A stretch of DNA of 64,000 bases, from contig NW_024704743.1 in NCBI RefSeq assembly GCF_018977255.1, positions 94,428,001 through 94,492,000 on the forward strand. Direction: 5' to 3'. Of the stretch, positions 39,776 through 54,220 are shown piece after piece. Made by a program: the position numbers and the translations under genes. The DNA comes from Callorhinchus milii (Eukaryota). Numbering within the stretch: position 1 is the first letter of the stretch; every line of letters starts with the position of its first letter. The notes beneath the pieces were generated by a model that searched no databases, had not been told where the DNA came from, and saw only the letters and a program-made list of their open reading frames with translations.

Positions 39776-40289
39776 CTGGAAATGTTATGTTATGTTTCTG
39801 GAAAGGAAGCACAAAAATATTGCTTATGTGGCCCGCGGCCATTTCTCAAATAGGGCATCCGGCCCTCAGCAGCCAAAAGGCTGTATCACCTTGGACTTTT
39901 AACATGGGAATATAAGAAATTAGGACCAATCAACCACAGACTATTCTATGCCTTGCTCACACAAACCTCCCTACCACATCGCTCAAGATTTTTATTCCCT
40001 AAGAGCCAATCTATTTCTCTCTTAAATCTTCAACTGATTCCTCTTTCTGGTGCAGTGCACTAGATTGTTATTATTTTCTGTGAGAATTTTTTCTTCGTCT
40101 CAATCCAAACCCAATTTGCCCTTCTGCAAATTGTTCTTGTAACCATGATATAAGGTGACTGACAGGCCCTAGGCACAATGAAGAGGAGAATGCACTTATG
40201 CCCCTAAATGATTTTTCGACAACGATGCGCCATTTACTTTGTGGTTTTGCCATTCAAATGCTTTTTCAAACCACATGTCTCAACTATAA

Positions 40290-40695
40290 TAATACTTCTT
40301 GCATTTGATATATCACCTTTCACATTGGGAGGATGTCGCTAACAGTTTCACAGGATTTACTCTAAAGTACTATGACTGTATTTTGTAGCCAATCAGGGCA
40401 ACAATTTACACACAGCAATGTCCCACAAACAGCCATAAAGTGATTGACCAATTTTATCTGGGGGCTGTTGGCCGGGATACCAGGGAGAAATTCCCTTCTC
40501 TTTTCATATTGTACCATGAGATCTTTAACTTCCATCTGAAGAGGGAGATGGGACCTTGGTTTGATATCTCATCCAAAGGACAGCACCTATATTGGAGGGT
40601 CAGCCTGGATTGTGAGCTCAAATTTCCAACCTTGGGGCTTGAACCCACAACCTTCTGATTTCGACAGTTGTGCTACCAACTGAGGCAGGTAGCCA
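40290..40695 (-). mobile_element. Old Deu-domain SINE (SacSINE1/AmnSINE-like)
   Basis: Reverse complement has gaaggttgtgggttcaagcccc..ccaggctgac..gatgagatatcaaaccaagg..gttaaagatctcatggtac; similar copies at ~3060-3320(-), 4720-4990(+), 7905-8190(+), 28460-28690(+) and 34810-35070(-). Confidence 0.7.
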
Positions 40696-42356
40696 CCTTA
40701 TTACCCAGATACTCACTGAATTCAATTTATAAACAAATCTCTCATGAATACTTTGTCAAAGGTGTTTGGGAGATGTACTACATCATGAGACTTCCCATTG
40801 TCATGTATAAAGCTGGTCAGACGGGGCCTTCTCTTTTGAAGCTGTGTTGTCTGTTTATAATTAGGTTATTTCCATATAGGTAATCTATTTTGCTTTCAAT
40901 GATCGACTTCATTATTTGTTCTCATTACTGAGGTCAATCCAATGGGATTCTAGTCAAGTCATCCTTGAATATGGGCACATTTGCTTGTTTTCAGTTTATC
41001 GTAAACTCTCCAGTATTGATTGACTGCCTTGAAATATCTATCAGAGCTTTACACATTTCCTCTGTTGCTTCTCCTATTTCCCTGGATCCAGTTCATTCAA
41101 CTCAGGGAATTTATTGGTTTTTAGTCCCTTGAGCCTACATAGAACCTTTGCCTCAATAAAGTTGAAAGTCCCGGGGCTCACGTTATGTGTTGTATGTTGG
41201 ACAGCATTTATTCAATGTAATAGCTTATAAGACCTTCTAGGAAGCAGTCATTTATATCGATTTACATAAGCTGTACAACATTGAAACAGGTCCTTCTGCC
41301 CAATCAATCCATGTTCATCATACTCCATGGGTTAATTTACTATCTTCTGCTCCTTCGCTTCCGTGATGTATTAAGTTTTTCTTTATTTATAATACTGCAA
41401 CAATATTTTGACATTTTTTCCATCTGCTTCCATGGCTCTTCCCAGTTCTCCCTTGGCTCCCCTAATCGTTTTAAAAACCTGCAGCTGTTCTTTAATTTAC
41501 TTTAAATGATCATTAGAATGAAATTAAGACAGAGATTCAGGCCGATAGCTGACAAATTAGATTCAGTACAGATAAATGCAAGGTATTGTATATAGGACAC
41601 AAGAATAGGAAACACATACACTCCATGGATGGGATACTGTAATGGAAGGACAGTAGGATGGGTGTTCTGGAGAGATGAGATCAGATGAGCTGAAGGGCTT
41701 TCTTCATCCAAACCCCTCTTGAGATCTTGTGACCGGGGATTGCTCAAAACTCTTTCTGTATTATTTAGTATTTGGTGTATTTGAAATAGTAAATTTATCA
41801 TCCATGTTTAATTTAATTGGATTTCATGAAAATAATCACTGCTTGGTTGTCCTTTTAGCTACCAATAATAAGGCCCTCGACAAGAGCATTCAACTGGAAA
41901 ATAAAAAGATTGATAAATAGGATCTAAATAGGATAATCACACTCAGGCATTTTGTAAAGGGAAGGCTTCACTAGTCTTGATCTGATTGTGGAAGAAGGAA
42001 CACCTGGCCTGGAAAAGGACCACTTTCTTTATTGCTTATGCATGACTCTTAGAAGTCAACCAAAGAGCAGACCAATATAAAATAATCTTTGCATTTAATA
42101 TAGTGTAATTGAGATATCCAAAGCATTTCACAGAATATAGAGAAAGGGAGATAATATGAAACACAATAATGTTGAAAATTTGATTTGTTTCCTCCTGACC
42201 CTCTCTGACTTTTCCTGAGTATGTCTGTCTCAGAGTTCTTGGTTTTCTTACAGTGAATGCACCAAAACCCTCAATCAGGATACTATGCCCCTCCTTCCCT
42301 TATCTTAAAGCTTGCCATCTTACCCCTGGTTCCACCCCCATTAGCCACAGCAATAA

Positions 42357-42722
42357 ACAACAACAACTTGCACTTATATAGCGCCCTCCACGCCAGGCGG
42401 CATCTTTATGTTTAGCAATGGTGGAGCCGAAGGCCGAGCCAGGGGGAGGGGGACGGTGACCATTGCTGCGGTCGAAAAGAAAGGTCTTCAGGTACGACCT
42501 GAAGATTTGGGAACGAGGGGGCGAGGCGAAGGGGTTGAGGGAGGGAGTTCAAAAGTTTTGGGGTGTAGTAGCTGAAAGCAGCGCCGCTGATTGTGGAGTG
42601 GAGGATTTGGGGGATGCGGAGGAGGCCGGACCCAGAAGAGGGGAGGCAGCAGGTACTACTGTGGGGAGAGAGGAGGTTAGAGAGATAGGTGGGGGAGTGC
42701 CAAGGAATGGAGGGATTTAAAC
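42357..42722 (-). mobile_element. L2 LINE 3' end
   Basis: PTYLSNLL..HSTISGAAFSYYTPKLLNSLP; tail. Confidence 0.85.
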
Positions 42723-42832
42723 ACATAAAGCCACTTTGTCAACAATACCCACTCTCTATCAAGGTGCAGCATCTCATGTATTAAATATAACCCATGATGT
42801 GTCTTTGCTTTTAGCAAGGACTAACAATATAT

Positions 42833-43161
42833 TGTGGAGTCCTGTAGCTCAGTGGTTAGAGCACTCGCTTTGCAAGCGAGAGACCTGAGTTCAATTCCAG
42901 ACAGGGCGAAACCTTGGGCAAGTTTCCTTACTCCACACGCCTAATAATAATCCCTCCAAAACCAAAAACAATAATAAAATTGGCATTTTCAATCTACGAC
43001 TGTTTGTGGGACATTGCTGTGCGCAATTGGCTGCCGCGTTCGCCCACAAATATACAGTCAATTCACTTTACAGTGTGTTCTGTGAAGCGCTTTGGGACGT
43101 CCTTCCGACGTGAAAAGCGCAATATCAAATGCAAGGATTATTATTATTATTATTATTATTA
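42833..43161 (+). mobile_element. tRNA-Ala(TGC)-derived SINE, young short subfamily
   Basis: Anticodon arm ctcgc-tttgcaa-gcgag; near-identical to the 46613 and 59488 copies. Confidence 0.92.
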
Positions 43162-43689
43162 CTGGTGATCTTAAAACACAGCAATTTTGTTGTATTAATC
43201 TAGTTGATACAGTATTGCTGCTACCTACAATTTGTTTTGTCCACACCTTGTTCTGTTGTTTATTTAATGGCTGAGTCACTATTATTTATTGTATGCTTTA
43301 TTACATTTAGTAACAAAACCTATTTTGATCATCAACTTTTTTTAACATTAAATCTGAAAGAATAGAAATTTGCTGCTTGGATGCCTCACAATCTCCTCAA
43401 ACGTATATTTGGATTACAGACTTTTTAAGGATAGCACACTGTAAGAAGTGCTCTGAAAGATATTAACATTTTGATTTTCAGAATCGACCGTGGCAACCCA
43501 GTGCTCCAAATATTAAAATGTAATAGATCATAGCCAGCAGAGTAATACTGAGTATCTTCACAAGTGAGGCTGATAGTTCATGACTGATTAAGCCATAAGT
43601 CATTTCTAGTCAGCCTCATGAGTAGCAGGATTTATGCTATTAAATGATGTAGAATTTCTGGTGTCTTGCTGCAAGAAACCATTCTTTAC

Positions 43690-46555
43690 AGGATAAATCC
43701 AATGTATGTCATTGAAGTAGTGTTTCTGCTGATTTGTTCTGAATTTACCTCCCTTCAATCGCAGGGTGTGTCCTCTGGTTCTTCTGTTCAGTACAAGATA
43801 AAACAGGTTATCATGGTCTGCATTATCTATGCCCTTCAGAATCTTAAAGATTGTAATCATATCACCTCTCAATCTTCTCTTCTTCAGTGTGAAGATGCCC
43901 AACTTATCTAATCGCTCATAGTCCATCCCTTCAATCATTTTAGTTGCTCTCATCTGTATCCGCTCAATCGCTACCAAATTCTTTTTATATTGTGGTGACC
44001 AAAACTGCACAGGATTCCAAATCCGGTTGCACCAGTGATTTTAAAGTGGCAGGATTACCCCACTATTTCAGATCAATGTTGCCCTTTTAATACAGCCCAG
44101 TATCTGGTTTGCCTTACTCACTACCGAGCACTGTTGCAATAGTTACAATTTATTATCAATCAGCATCCCCAGGTCCTTTTCATTTTCCGTACAGATTATT
44201 TTCTTACCATTTAAATAGTAGTCCCTTCCTGGATGTGAAGCACTTTGCATTTCTTTACATTAAATGTCATCTGCCATCAATCTGCACGATTCCCAAGAAT
44301 GCTCAAGTCCTTCTGTAACCTATCCCGTTCATTTTTGCAGTCTCTCACCTTCATTAGCTTTGCGTCATCTACAAATTTAACCACTGTGCTTGTGACTCCT
44401 AGCCCTAGGTCATTTATGAGGATGTTAAATAAAAAAGGTCCCAAAAAAAACCCTTGTGGAACTCCACTGGTAACATTATCTTAGCCTGATGGCATTCCGT
44501 ATCCATTGCAAGATACTTCCTCTGATTCCCGCTTTCTTTATTTTCAGTACCAGCCTTTCATGAGAAACTATATCAAAGGACTTACTGAAATACAGTTATA
44601 CAGCACCACTGCCTTACCCTTACCAAGCTCCTTTGTCACACAGTCAAAGAAAACTATCAAATTAGTTTTGCATGATATCCCCTTCATAAACCCATATTGA
44701 CTATCTTTTATCATTTTATTACTGTCCAGTTCCTCCATGATCATATTTTTAATAAGACTCCCTAAAACTTTACCCACAATGGACGTCAAACTCACTGGTC
44801 TATAGTTTCCTGGGTCACTTTTGCTACCTTTTTTTCAAAAATAGGAGTAACATCTGCCTTTCTCCAGTCCCCAGGCACCTCTCCAGTATCCAGAGTTCCT
44901 GCAATTTCCTTCTTTTGTTCCTTAAGGATCCTCGGATGCAATTTATCTGGCCCATGGGATTTGTTTACCTTACGTTTGCACGTTGTTCAGCATCCATGGT
45001 GGTAGTGATATGTTTAGTCTCACAATGTGCCTCTGCAACACCACTAAGTTCTCTTTCCAGATTCAATAAATTTCCCATCTATTTACTAAAAACTGGGGCG
45101 AAAAACTTATTTAGTACTTCTGCAGCTTGTGTAGCATCATTTGTTATATTTTCACCTAATCCCATCTTCAATGGCCCTATTATCTCTCGTTTTTCTTTTG
45201 AAAAACGTTTTATTGTTATCCTTCACATCTTTTGCCATGTTCAGTTCAAAAAAATTATTTGCCATTCTGATACCTTTCTTACAATCCTGGCATGCCTTCT
45301 GGTAATGAGTCCATCTTTCCTCTGTGCCATTTTCCTTCATGGCCTTATATGCCTTTTTCCCCCCTCTTTGAGTTGTTTTGTGGTCCTGTCCAAGCAGGCA
45401 GGAGTGCCCTTAAGCTTGGAAACTTTGCTTTGCATGGGTATACATTGGTCCATTGCATCCCGAACCACCTCCTTGAATGAGCTCCATAGTTCCTCTGCTC
45501 CCTTGGCCATGTTTAAACCTACCAGTCCCACTAAGACAAGACTTCTCAATCGCATAAAATTGGTCTTCTTAAAATTTGGCAATTTTGTTTTTATAGCCTC
45601 ACCAATCCTTGTAATACCAAATGTGATATGATTTTTGTTGCTTAATCCCTCACCTACCTTTGTGTTTGAGATTTGATAGCCCTGTTACTCATAACCAAAT
45701 CCACAATGTTATTTCCCCTTGTTGGCTCCTTTACAAACGGAGTCATAAAACACTCTTCCTTTAACTCTAGAAATTCCTTCCCCATCTTACCAGTAGACAC
45801 ATTATTATCCAAATTAATTTCTGGTAAGTTAAAATCTCCAACTACTATGGTTGGTCCCTTACTAGTCATCTTCCTTATCTCATCCCAAAGTTACAGATCA
45901 AGGCTATTACCCTGGCCTGGGGGTCTATAACAAACCCCCAATAATAGTTTACCTCTGTTGCCATCTATTAATTCTACCAAAGTGATTCTGTAGCTGCCCT
46001 TTCCTTTTTTATATCCTCTCTCATTTCTACTTCAATACTGGAACATACACACATACATATTGCCACACTACTTGCTCTTTTCCCTGCCACAGTCCCGCTT
46101 AAACAGTTTGAATCCTTCCATATTTATATCCCATTGATTGGAATCATTCCATCATGTCTCTGTGGTGCTACTGATGTCCAATGTATCCCCCTTTGCAAGA
46201 CTTTCCAGGTCCTACATCTTGTTGGCCAGACTTCTTGCATTAATGCTAGCACAGCTCCATTGTTTGTTGCCTTTCTCTTCTACTAGATTAGCATTACTAC
46301 TTTACTTAGCTCCCACCAATGGAGTTTGACCTATGGTTTATGTTTCCAACGATACACTTTAAGGTTTCCCCAAATAGGTTTGGGTGCTCTCTTATACCTA
46401 CTCCCTTACCATACTATCTATCCTGCCTGCCAACAACTCCATCCACCTTTTGTTCAGGTGGAAACCATCTGGTCTGTATAAGTGCCCCCTATTACAAAAG
46501 GTGCCCCACTGTCTGAGGAACCTAAAACCTGATGCCCTTCACAAGTGCCTTAGCC
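43690..46555 (-). mobile_element. CR1 LINE, near-complete decayed ORF2 (endonuclease + RT) plus ORF1 C-terminus
   Basis: VGDFNLPEI..PTRGNNIVDLV (APE endonuclease), SLTSIVGK..QYGFMKGISCKTNLI (RT), KKRRLRGDMI; 46440-46550 GFRFLRQWGTF..LYRPDGFHLN (SGNH esterase-like ORF1). Confidence 0.9.
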
Positions 46556-46612
46556 AGGTATCTCACTAAATTCCTTCACCAAAGACTCACTCTGTTCCCC
46601 CTTACTCCATTC

Positions 46613-46950
46613 TGTGGAGTGCTGTAGCTCAGTGGTTAGAGCACTCGCTTTGCAAGCGAGAGACCTGAGTTCAATTCCAGGCAGGTCAGGGCGAAACCTT
46701 AGGCAGGTTTCCTTACTCCACACGCCTAATAATAATCCCTCCAAAAACAAAAAACAATAATAAATTGGTCATTTTCAATCTACGACTGGTTGTGGGACAT
46801 TGCTGTGCGCAATTGGCTGCCGCGTTCGGCCACAAATATACAGTCAATTCACTTTACAGTGTATTCTGTGAAGCGCTTTGGGACGTCCTCCCACTGTGAA
46901 AAGCGCTATATCAAATGCAAGGATTATTATTATTATTTATTATTATTATT
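46613..46950 (+). mobile_element. tRNA-Ala-derived SINE, young short subfamily
   Basis: Near-identical to the 42833 copy. Confidence 0.92.
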
Positions 46951-48337
46951 CACAGCTGACTCCTTTGGGCTCTCTGCTCAAGCTAAGATTGCTTATTCTG
47001 TTGCATTACTGAAACAGACTGAAATAAACCACCAAACAGATTGGCTTGTAATTTATTCAGGTTCCTTTAGATTTCACCATGGATACATTTCTAATTAAAT
47101 TTACCTCTTAATCAAAAGGAAAGTACATATAATTTTAAACAATTTAGAACTTACAAGTTAATGGGGCTAGCCAATGAGAAATCTGCCATTATCTGCAAAA
47201 CAAAAATGCAAAGTTCATTGCCCCAGTAAACATTAAATATTATTCATTGTGTAGACAATTATCACACCGGATGGTCCAAAGAACTCATAAAATTCCACTA
47301 CCTGGCACTTTTGCAACATTCAGGAAAAAAAAGTTAAAAATCTGTAATCCTTTTCATTGGCATGTGTCAGGCACACAGCTGACCAAATTGTTCTCATCCC
47401 CTCACAATTACGTAACTATTAGTCCTAACAATCCTTGCATTTGTTGCATCACTTTATCATGTTATCGCAAAGCACTTCACAGGATTTGCCGTAAAGTTTA
47501 GTGACAGTATGTTTGTAGGCAAACGCAGCTGACAATTTGTACTTAATAGTGTTTCACAACAACCATGAAGCGAATGAACAATTTTATATGGAGGATTCCT
47601 AGCCAGAAGGATTATTGTACAGGACGAGGACAAATAAAATAATCCAATCTGTGCACATGCATTTACACATGGGTCACACCACTGACATAAATCTATAACT
47701 CACAAAATACATCTTAGTAGAGCTTATTTATTCCATTCAAAAGACATGCAAAATTATGATAATATCAAAGGCATTCAAGTAAACCCAAAACATTACGCTG
47801 GGGGGATGAGAAGAAGCTAGCAAATTACAGTGACTTGAATTTAGCAATACGAAATGCATCAAAATGTAAGAACAAATTGAAGAAACCAAAAAAAACCTTG
47901 GGTGATCCACCCTGGCCGCTGAACTACAAGGGAGGAAACGAGAAGTGGCTTCGCTTTCTATAATAAAATATAGCCAAAGACCAAAGATTTTTTCAGCATC
48001 AACTTCTGTGATAGAAATAAATTTATGGTAGTATTGAGAAACTATCCTCTTGTTGCATACATGGTGAATGTGCACTGGCTTCTATACAGGATGGTTCATG
48101 ACCATCTTGCTAGATCTTTTAAATCGTAACACTGTTAAGTCGAGCAGCATTTTATTAATGGATTTAAACAACAACAACTTGCACTTATTTAGTGCTCTAC
48201 AAAGAATAATATCTTGGCGTGATTCACAGGGATGGGGTTGCACACCAAGTAAGAGAGAGAGGGAAGGGGAGAAGGGGGAGAGGAGGTGGCTAAAGGTGCA
48301 TTCAAAGATGTAAGATTTGCTGCAGGACTTTTTTTTT

Positions 48338-50555
48338 CATAGATTCATAGAATGTTACTGCACAGAAGGAGGCCATTCGGCCCATCGAGTCTGTGTCGGC
48401 TCTTTGACAGAGCAAGTCACTTTCACTAACCCCAATCACCAGCTTTCTCCCCATAACCCTGCAAACCCCAGATACCTATCCAGTTCTCTCTGAAAAGCTG
48501 TTATCGAATCGGACTTCACTACCCTTTCAGGCAGATCATTCCAAATTCGAACAACTCACTGAGTGAAAAAATGTCTTCTAACCTCCCCTCTGCTTCGTTT
48601 GGTAGATATCTTAAGACTGTGACCACGGGTCACAGACACACCTACCAGCGGAAACAGCTTTTCCTTATCTAGCCTATCGAAACCTTTCATGATCTTGAAG
48701 ACCTCTATCAGATCCCCGCGTAACCTTCTCTGCTCTAATGGGAAAAGTCCTAACTTCTCCAGCCTGTCCTCATAGCTAAGGTTTCCCATTCCTGGTATCA
48801 TTCTCGTGAATCACCTCTGCACCCTTTCCAGTGCCTTAATGTCCTTCCTGAAGTAAGGTGCCCAAAACTGGACGCAGTACTCCAGCTGAGGCCTAACCAG
48901 TGTTTTGCATAGATTAACCATAACCTCCCTACTCTTATACTCTATGCCCCTACTAATAAAGCTCAGTTCACCAAATGCCTTTTTTTACTGCCTTATCTAC
49001 CTGCCCCGCTACCTTTAATGATTTGCTTACTTGAACACCCAGATTTCTCTGTACATTCACCCCCTTAAGATTGAGCTACCAAGTCTATATTGCCTCCTAT
49101 CATTTTTCCTACCTAAGTGTATCACCTCACACTTATCCACATTGAAATCCATCTGCCACATGACAGCCCATTCCACCATTCTGTGTGTTCTGCTCGCAGT
49201 TGGTTACAGTCCTCCTCACTATTTACTACCCTACCTAACTTTGTATCATCTGCAAACTTGGAAATAGTGCTCTCTATGTCCAAGTCCAGATCATTAATAT
49301 ATATGGTCCCAATGCCGATCCCTGGGGGACACCGCTGCACACCTCCTTCCATTTCGAGAAACACCCATTAACCACCACCCTCTGCTTTCTGTCACTCAGC
49401 CAGTTCTTAATCCAAGCTACCACTGTCCCCTTAATACTGCGGGCCTCTAATTTGTTTATTAACCTCTTATGCGGTACTGTGTCAAAAGCCTTTTTGAAAT
49501 CTATATAAATAACGTCCACCGCATTTCCCTCATCAACCCTCGCAGTCACCTCTTCAAAAAATTCTATTAGATTTGTTAGGCAAGATTTGCCTTTAACAAA
49601 TCCATGTTGGCTGTCTCTAATTACCTCATGTTCCTCTAAGTAGAGATTTATTCTGTCCCGGATTATGGTCTCCAGTAGTTTTCCTATTACTGAAGTTAGG
49701 CTGACTGGCCTGTAATTTCCGGGTTTGTCTTTCTGCCCCTTTTTGTAGAAGTGGGTAACATTAGCCATTTTCCAGTCTCTTGGCACCACTCCTGTGTCCA
49801 ATGAAGATTGAAATATAATGGCCAAAGCCTCCGCTATTTGAACCCGTATTTCCCACAGCAACCTTGGGTGAAACCCATTTGGTCCTGGTGACTTATTAAT
49901 TTTGAGCCCAGTCAATCTTTTCAGAACTTCCTCTCTATCTATAGTAATCTGATTTATCTCCTCTATCCTCTCATCCAATACTGCGGCATTTGGGGCATCC
50001 ACTTCCGTTGTGAAGACAGATGCAAAGTATTCGTTCAGTACATCAGCCAATCCCTCTGCCTCCACAACAAGATTGCCATCATTGTCTTTGATTGGCCCCA
50101 CCCTACCGTTAACTGACCTTTTTTCCTTTATGTGCTTGTAAAATATTTTAGAATTCCCCTTTATGTTACCCACTAACCTCTTCTCATGCGACCTTTTAGC
50201 CTGTCTTATCAGTCTTTTAAGGTCACTCCTGCATTCTCTATAGTGCGCTTTGCTATCCTCAGTATCTTGCGTCTTCCAATTGTCGTACGCCGTCTTCTTC
50301 TTTTTCATCCTAGACAGAATATCCCTGGTCATCCAGGCTGGCTTGGTTGTCGCACATTTCCCTTTTGTGGGAATATATCTATTTAGACCTTGAGCTATCA
50401 TATCTTTGAAGATCTCCCATTGCTCATGAGTCGTTTTACCTGCTAGTCTTACTTGTCAGTCCACCAACTCTAGGTCCCTTTTAAGTCCATCAAAATTAGC
50501 CCTTTTCCAGTCAAGCATTTTCACCCCTGACTGTACTTTGTCCCTGTTCATGAGT
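48338..50555 (-). mobile_element. CR1 LINE, 5'-truncated, relatively young; 375 aa open RT fragment at 49274-50401
   Basis: KSPGPNG, NYRPVSLTS, QHGFVKGKSCLTNL, DFKKAFDTVPH, SGVPQGS, KFADDTKL; typical CR1 3' end gatgggccgaatggcctccttctgtg..ttctat. Confidence 0.95.
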
Positions 50556-51065
50556 AATGACTTAACGACTGAAAGAGTGGGAGTCAGGGAGGGAGAGAGC
50601 TCCACGTGTTAGGGATGTTGGACCTGATGCTTCAACCACCAGCGTAATTACAGAGCTGTTGGAGGTAAACAGCAAGCCCAAGTTAGCTGAGTGGAGGGGG
50701 TAGGAAGAAGCTGGAGAGATGTAGGGGTGCCAGGGAGTGGATGGATTTATAATCGAGGGTGAGGATCTTGAAATTTATCTGTTGGGAGGTGGGAGACAGT
50801 AGAAACTGGCAAGGACTGGGGTAATGAGCGTGTAGAGTTTGGTGTAGGTGAGGATGCGGACATGGGAGTTTTGGATGAGCAAAGCTTGTGATTGGTGGAG
50901 TTCGGGAGACTAGTGAAGAATGCATTGGAAAAAGCTAAGCGGGATATGACAAAAAGGTGAATAAATATAAGACAGGGACAAGGCAGGTGATGTGCAGAAG
51001 TGAAGCAAAATGGTCTTGGTAAGTCATCAGATGTGAGGGAGAAAAGAGAGCCCAATGAGTGGAGA
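50556..51065 (-). mobile_element. Older L2 LINE fragment
   Basis: IHLFVISRLAFSNAFF; QINFKILTLDYKSIH. Confidence 0.75.
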
Positions 51066-51819
51066 TCAGACATACAATCTTCCAATACAAATCACAACAC
51101 AATATTCATACAGTGCTTTTCAAGTTGGGAGGATCTCCCAAGGAGCTGCAACAAATGCAACAAGAAGCTGGCAGTGATTACCCATCTGCATCATTGCATA
51201 AATAAAGCCAAATTCTGCATCATTCATTGTCTTATAGTGGTACTAACATACCCTTTCTCCTCCTGGTTTTGAACTGACCAATACATGTAAACAGCCCATC
51301 AACATCCATCTTATTGAATCAAAACCTTAAGTACCTCTATCAGGTCCGCTCTGAATCATCTCATCTAAAGAAAATAACTCCAACCTGTCCAATCTTTCTT
51401 GTTTGCTGTACCCACTCATTACAGATCTTTTAATCTCATTTCTTGACTTTTCTTCATGGCTTCCAAAGTATATATCTATCTCCCTGGTAAAGATCTCTAT
51501 TGGATCTGCTTGTATAGCCTTTGAGGACAGGGTGTTTCAGATTTTCCCTCCCCTGTGAAGCCTTACCATTTGCAAAACTCGTGAAGCAATGTTTTCTGAT
51601 CTCACTTCTAACTGGCTGGCTCTAAGTTTAAGATCACAGTTATAACACATGTGAAATGGTCCTATCTGTAGTTTTAATAGAAGCACTTTCAATGAAAATT
51701 AAAGGATATTGCTCCCTGCAAAGCACAAATAATTGTTTGACTTTTTCATGCTGAAGAATGAGGGACAAAAATAAAGGGTCTGACTATGAAACTGGATTAT
51801 CAGCAGGCAGCTTTTTCAC

Positions 51820-52440
51820 CTCTGGAACTGGGATAAGCTTCAGTCACTTGAGCATCTATTCACTTTCATACCATTACCAGAGTTTCACAAGTTCCTCAGG
51901 GAAACATTTTTGGGTCAATCTTATGACTCATTTTTTATCATTGACCAGAGGCGATTGTCATTTAAAATGACGTTTTTTTTGCTGATGACACAATGCTCTG
52001 TACAGTGACCAACTCCCCACTTGAAAGACAAGCAAGGACTGAATCACTACACCAGAAACAGATTTTTGACACTTGTTGGAACAATGCTGCTTTGCGATGA
52101 GTCTCGAGAGACCCTTTTAACTTTGATTCTCTTGAGAAAGATTGATCCCATTATTGGGTTTAATATTATATATAATTTTTTTTTCCTTCCGGCAACAAAT
52201 AAGCATCCATTTATTTGGCTTGAAATTGCATCAGATTTATACTGGGTCAAAGAAGTAGCAAAATGGCTGGAAAGTTGGAAATTATCTTTCTCACCTTTTG
52301 ATTTGCAGCCAGCATGAGTTTTGCAAGTGGTAAGGCTTCAGGATCAATATCCCATTGCCTTATTGGATTGAAACAAACAAGTGGTTTTAAAACCAAATAA
52401 CTGCTTTGGTTGTGCTTTTGACTAGCTGATCGGAGAGCAG
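51820..52440 (-). pseudogene. Dynein HC pseudo-exons (tail; probably two)
   Basis: LYIILNPIMGSIFLKRIK resembles LFIDPNRLEFSVKIQ; ILNDNRLWSMIKNES*D*PKN resembles LCQDPQLSIFIDLVSIMDLPNK (DNAH14). Confidence 0.5.
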
Positions 52441-53828
52441 ACAAACACAGAAATAGCCCAGACCCTTCTGCTATTCCTTCCAGAAGAGAAAAGGGGGTAG
52501 GGAAGAAAAATAAGCCACTTTAAAATTAATGACCTAGATCTGAAGGCTGGTGTGCTATGTTGAAATTCCACAGCACCCCGCCTTTATTGAGCTAACGATA
52601 TTTGTTCAGGTACACTCTTCCTCTATCCCCTGCCTCACCCCTTCCTTCCCCATCTTCATGTGGCACCTCACTCATACCCCACAACCCCATCCTAGCTCAG
52701 AGTTGTGCTCCGCCAGTGTCAACCACTCTGGGACGCTGTCCTGCATGAGGGGTGCCATATAAATGCAAGTTGTTGTTAAGCAAGCAAGACAACAATGAAC
52801 ACAAGTGTACAAAGTGGTACAGCCATATCAAGCACAATTTTTCTTTTCACGACTATTTATTGTGCTTATCAAGATAAAAGACTTCAATGCTGGGAAAAGC
52901 ATTCAGGATATCCAGTATCACATTAAATACTCTCAGGGGAAGAATAGAGAAGCTACGTGTAGATTTAAACCTCATTTTATATATTCACAACCTTAAAAGA
53001 ACAGGCTCTATTATTCTAGCATTTTGTTCCATTTGCCTACACACTTCTATGACCTCTGGGAGTCATTGTGCCAATTTGTCACAAATTATAATGATTTGTA
53101 TTGTGCGTCACTGCCCACTAAAATGTGAATTGATTGCAAAACTAATCTCATGTTGGACAACTATAGCAGGAAGAGAGAGAGATTGAAACAGAAGCTTAAT
53201 CTCATCACTCTGAGTGGGATCTGAACCCGCATTTCGAGTAAAGGAAGTATTCCATTACACTGCACCACACACTCTCTTGCATCCTGCCATCGACAGATTG
53301 GTAACATTATGATGCTGCGAGAGATTTACAAGTTTTTTTTAATCACCCAATGCTGAACAGGCATATGCAACATGATTCATTATCCTTTATAATTTTTTAA
53401 CTACAAACTTGCTTGGGAAAAGGCATTTCATAAAGCTTTTTCTCTGGGGGAAGTGAGCTAGCACCGCCAGAAACATCATGAGCTGAATGATCTCCTGCCT
53501 TGCTGGAAACGTTCTATGATTCTCACTGACTCATAGTAATAATAGCAATTAAATACCCTTAAAGACAGGGGAACGCCAGTTGAAGCATGACAAACAATAA
53601 TAATCCTAATAATCCATGTATTTCAAATACAGAAGTACCTTTCACATTGGGACGATGTCCCCAAGAACTGTAGTGATGTAATAATAATAAGTGTAATAAT
53701 AACGTGCATGTGTATTTATAGATTGGAACATTTTCTTTGTATTTTCTAGGCGAATCTGTTGGCAGATTTATGCAAAGCAGTGTCCCACAAACAGTCATGA
53801 AGTGAATAAAGAATTTTATCTTAGGGAT

Positions 53829-54220
53829 TGTGGAGTCCTGGAGCTTAGTGGTTAGAGCACTCGCCTCGAAAGCGAGAGACCTGGGTTTGATTCCTGGCAA
53901 GGCGAAACGTTGGGCAAGTTTCCTTACTCCACTCGCCTCTGTTTACTTAGCAGTAAGTAGGAACCCGGTTGCTAGTTGATTGGTGGATCACTTTTCCGGG
54001 GTAATAATTCTTTCAAAAAAAAATTAATAATAATAAATTGGTCACTCAATTCACTACTGTTTGTGGGACATTATTGTGTGCAATTGGCTGCCGTGTTTCG
54101 CCCACAAAACATACATTCAATTCACTTCACAATATATTCTGTGAAGCGCTTTGAGATGCCTCAAAGGCGTGATAAGGCGCTATATAAAATGCAAGGATTA
54201 TTATTATTTTATTATCTATT
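53829..54220 (+). mobile_element. tRNA-derived SINE, long subfamily
   Basis: Full-length copy with the central segment. Confidence 0.9.

Noticed and set aside
42833..42905. tRNA-Ala(TGC) gene
   Set aside because: It is the head of a multi-copy SINE: no proper acceptor stem, and it continues into the SINE body and tail.
49274..50401. 375 aa ORF as a host gene or retron-like RT
   Set aside because: Typical CR1 ORF2 fragment with a frameshifted continuation and CR1 3'UTR.
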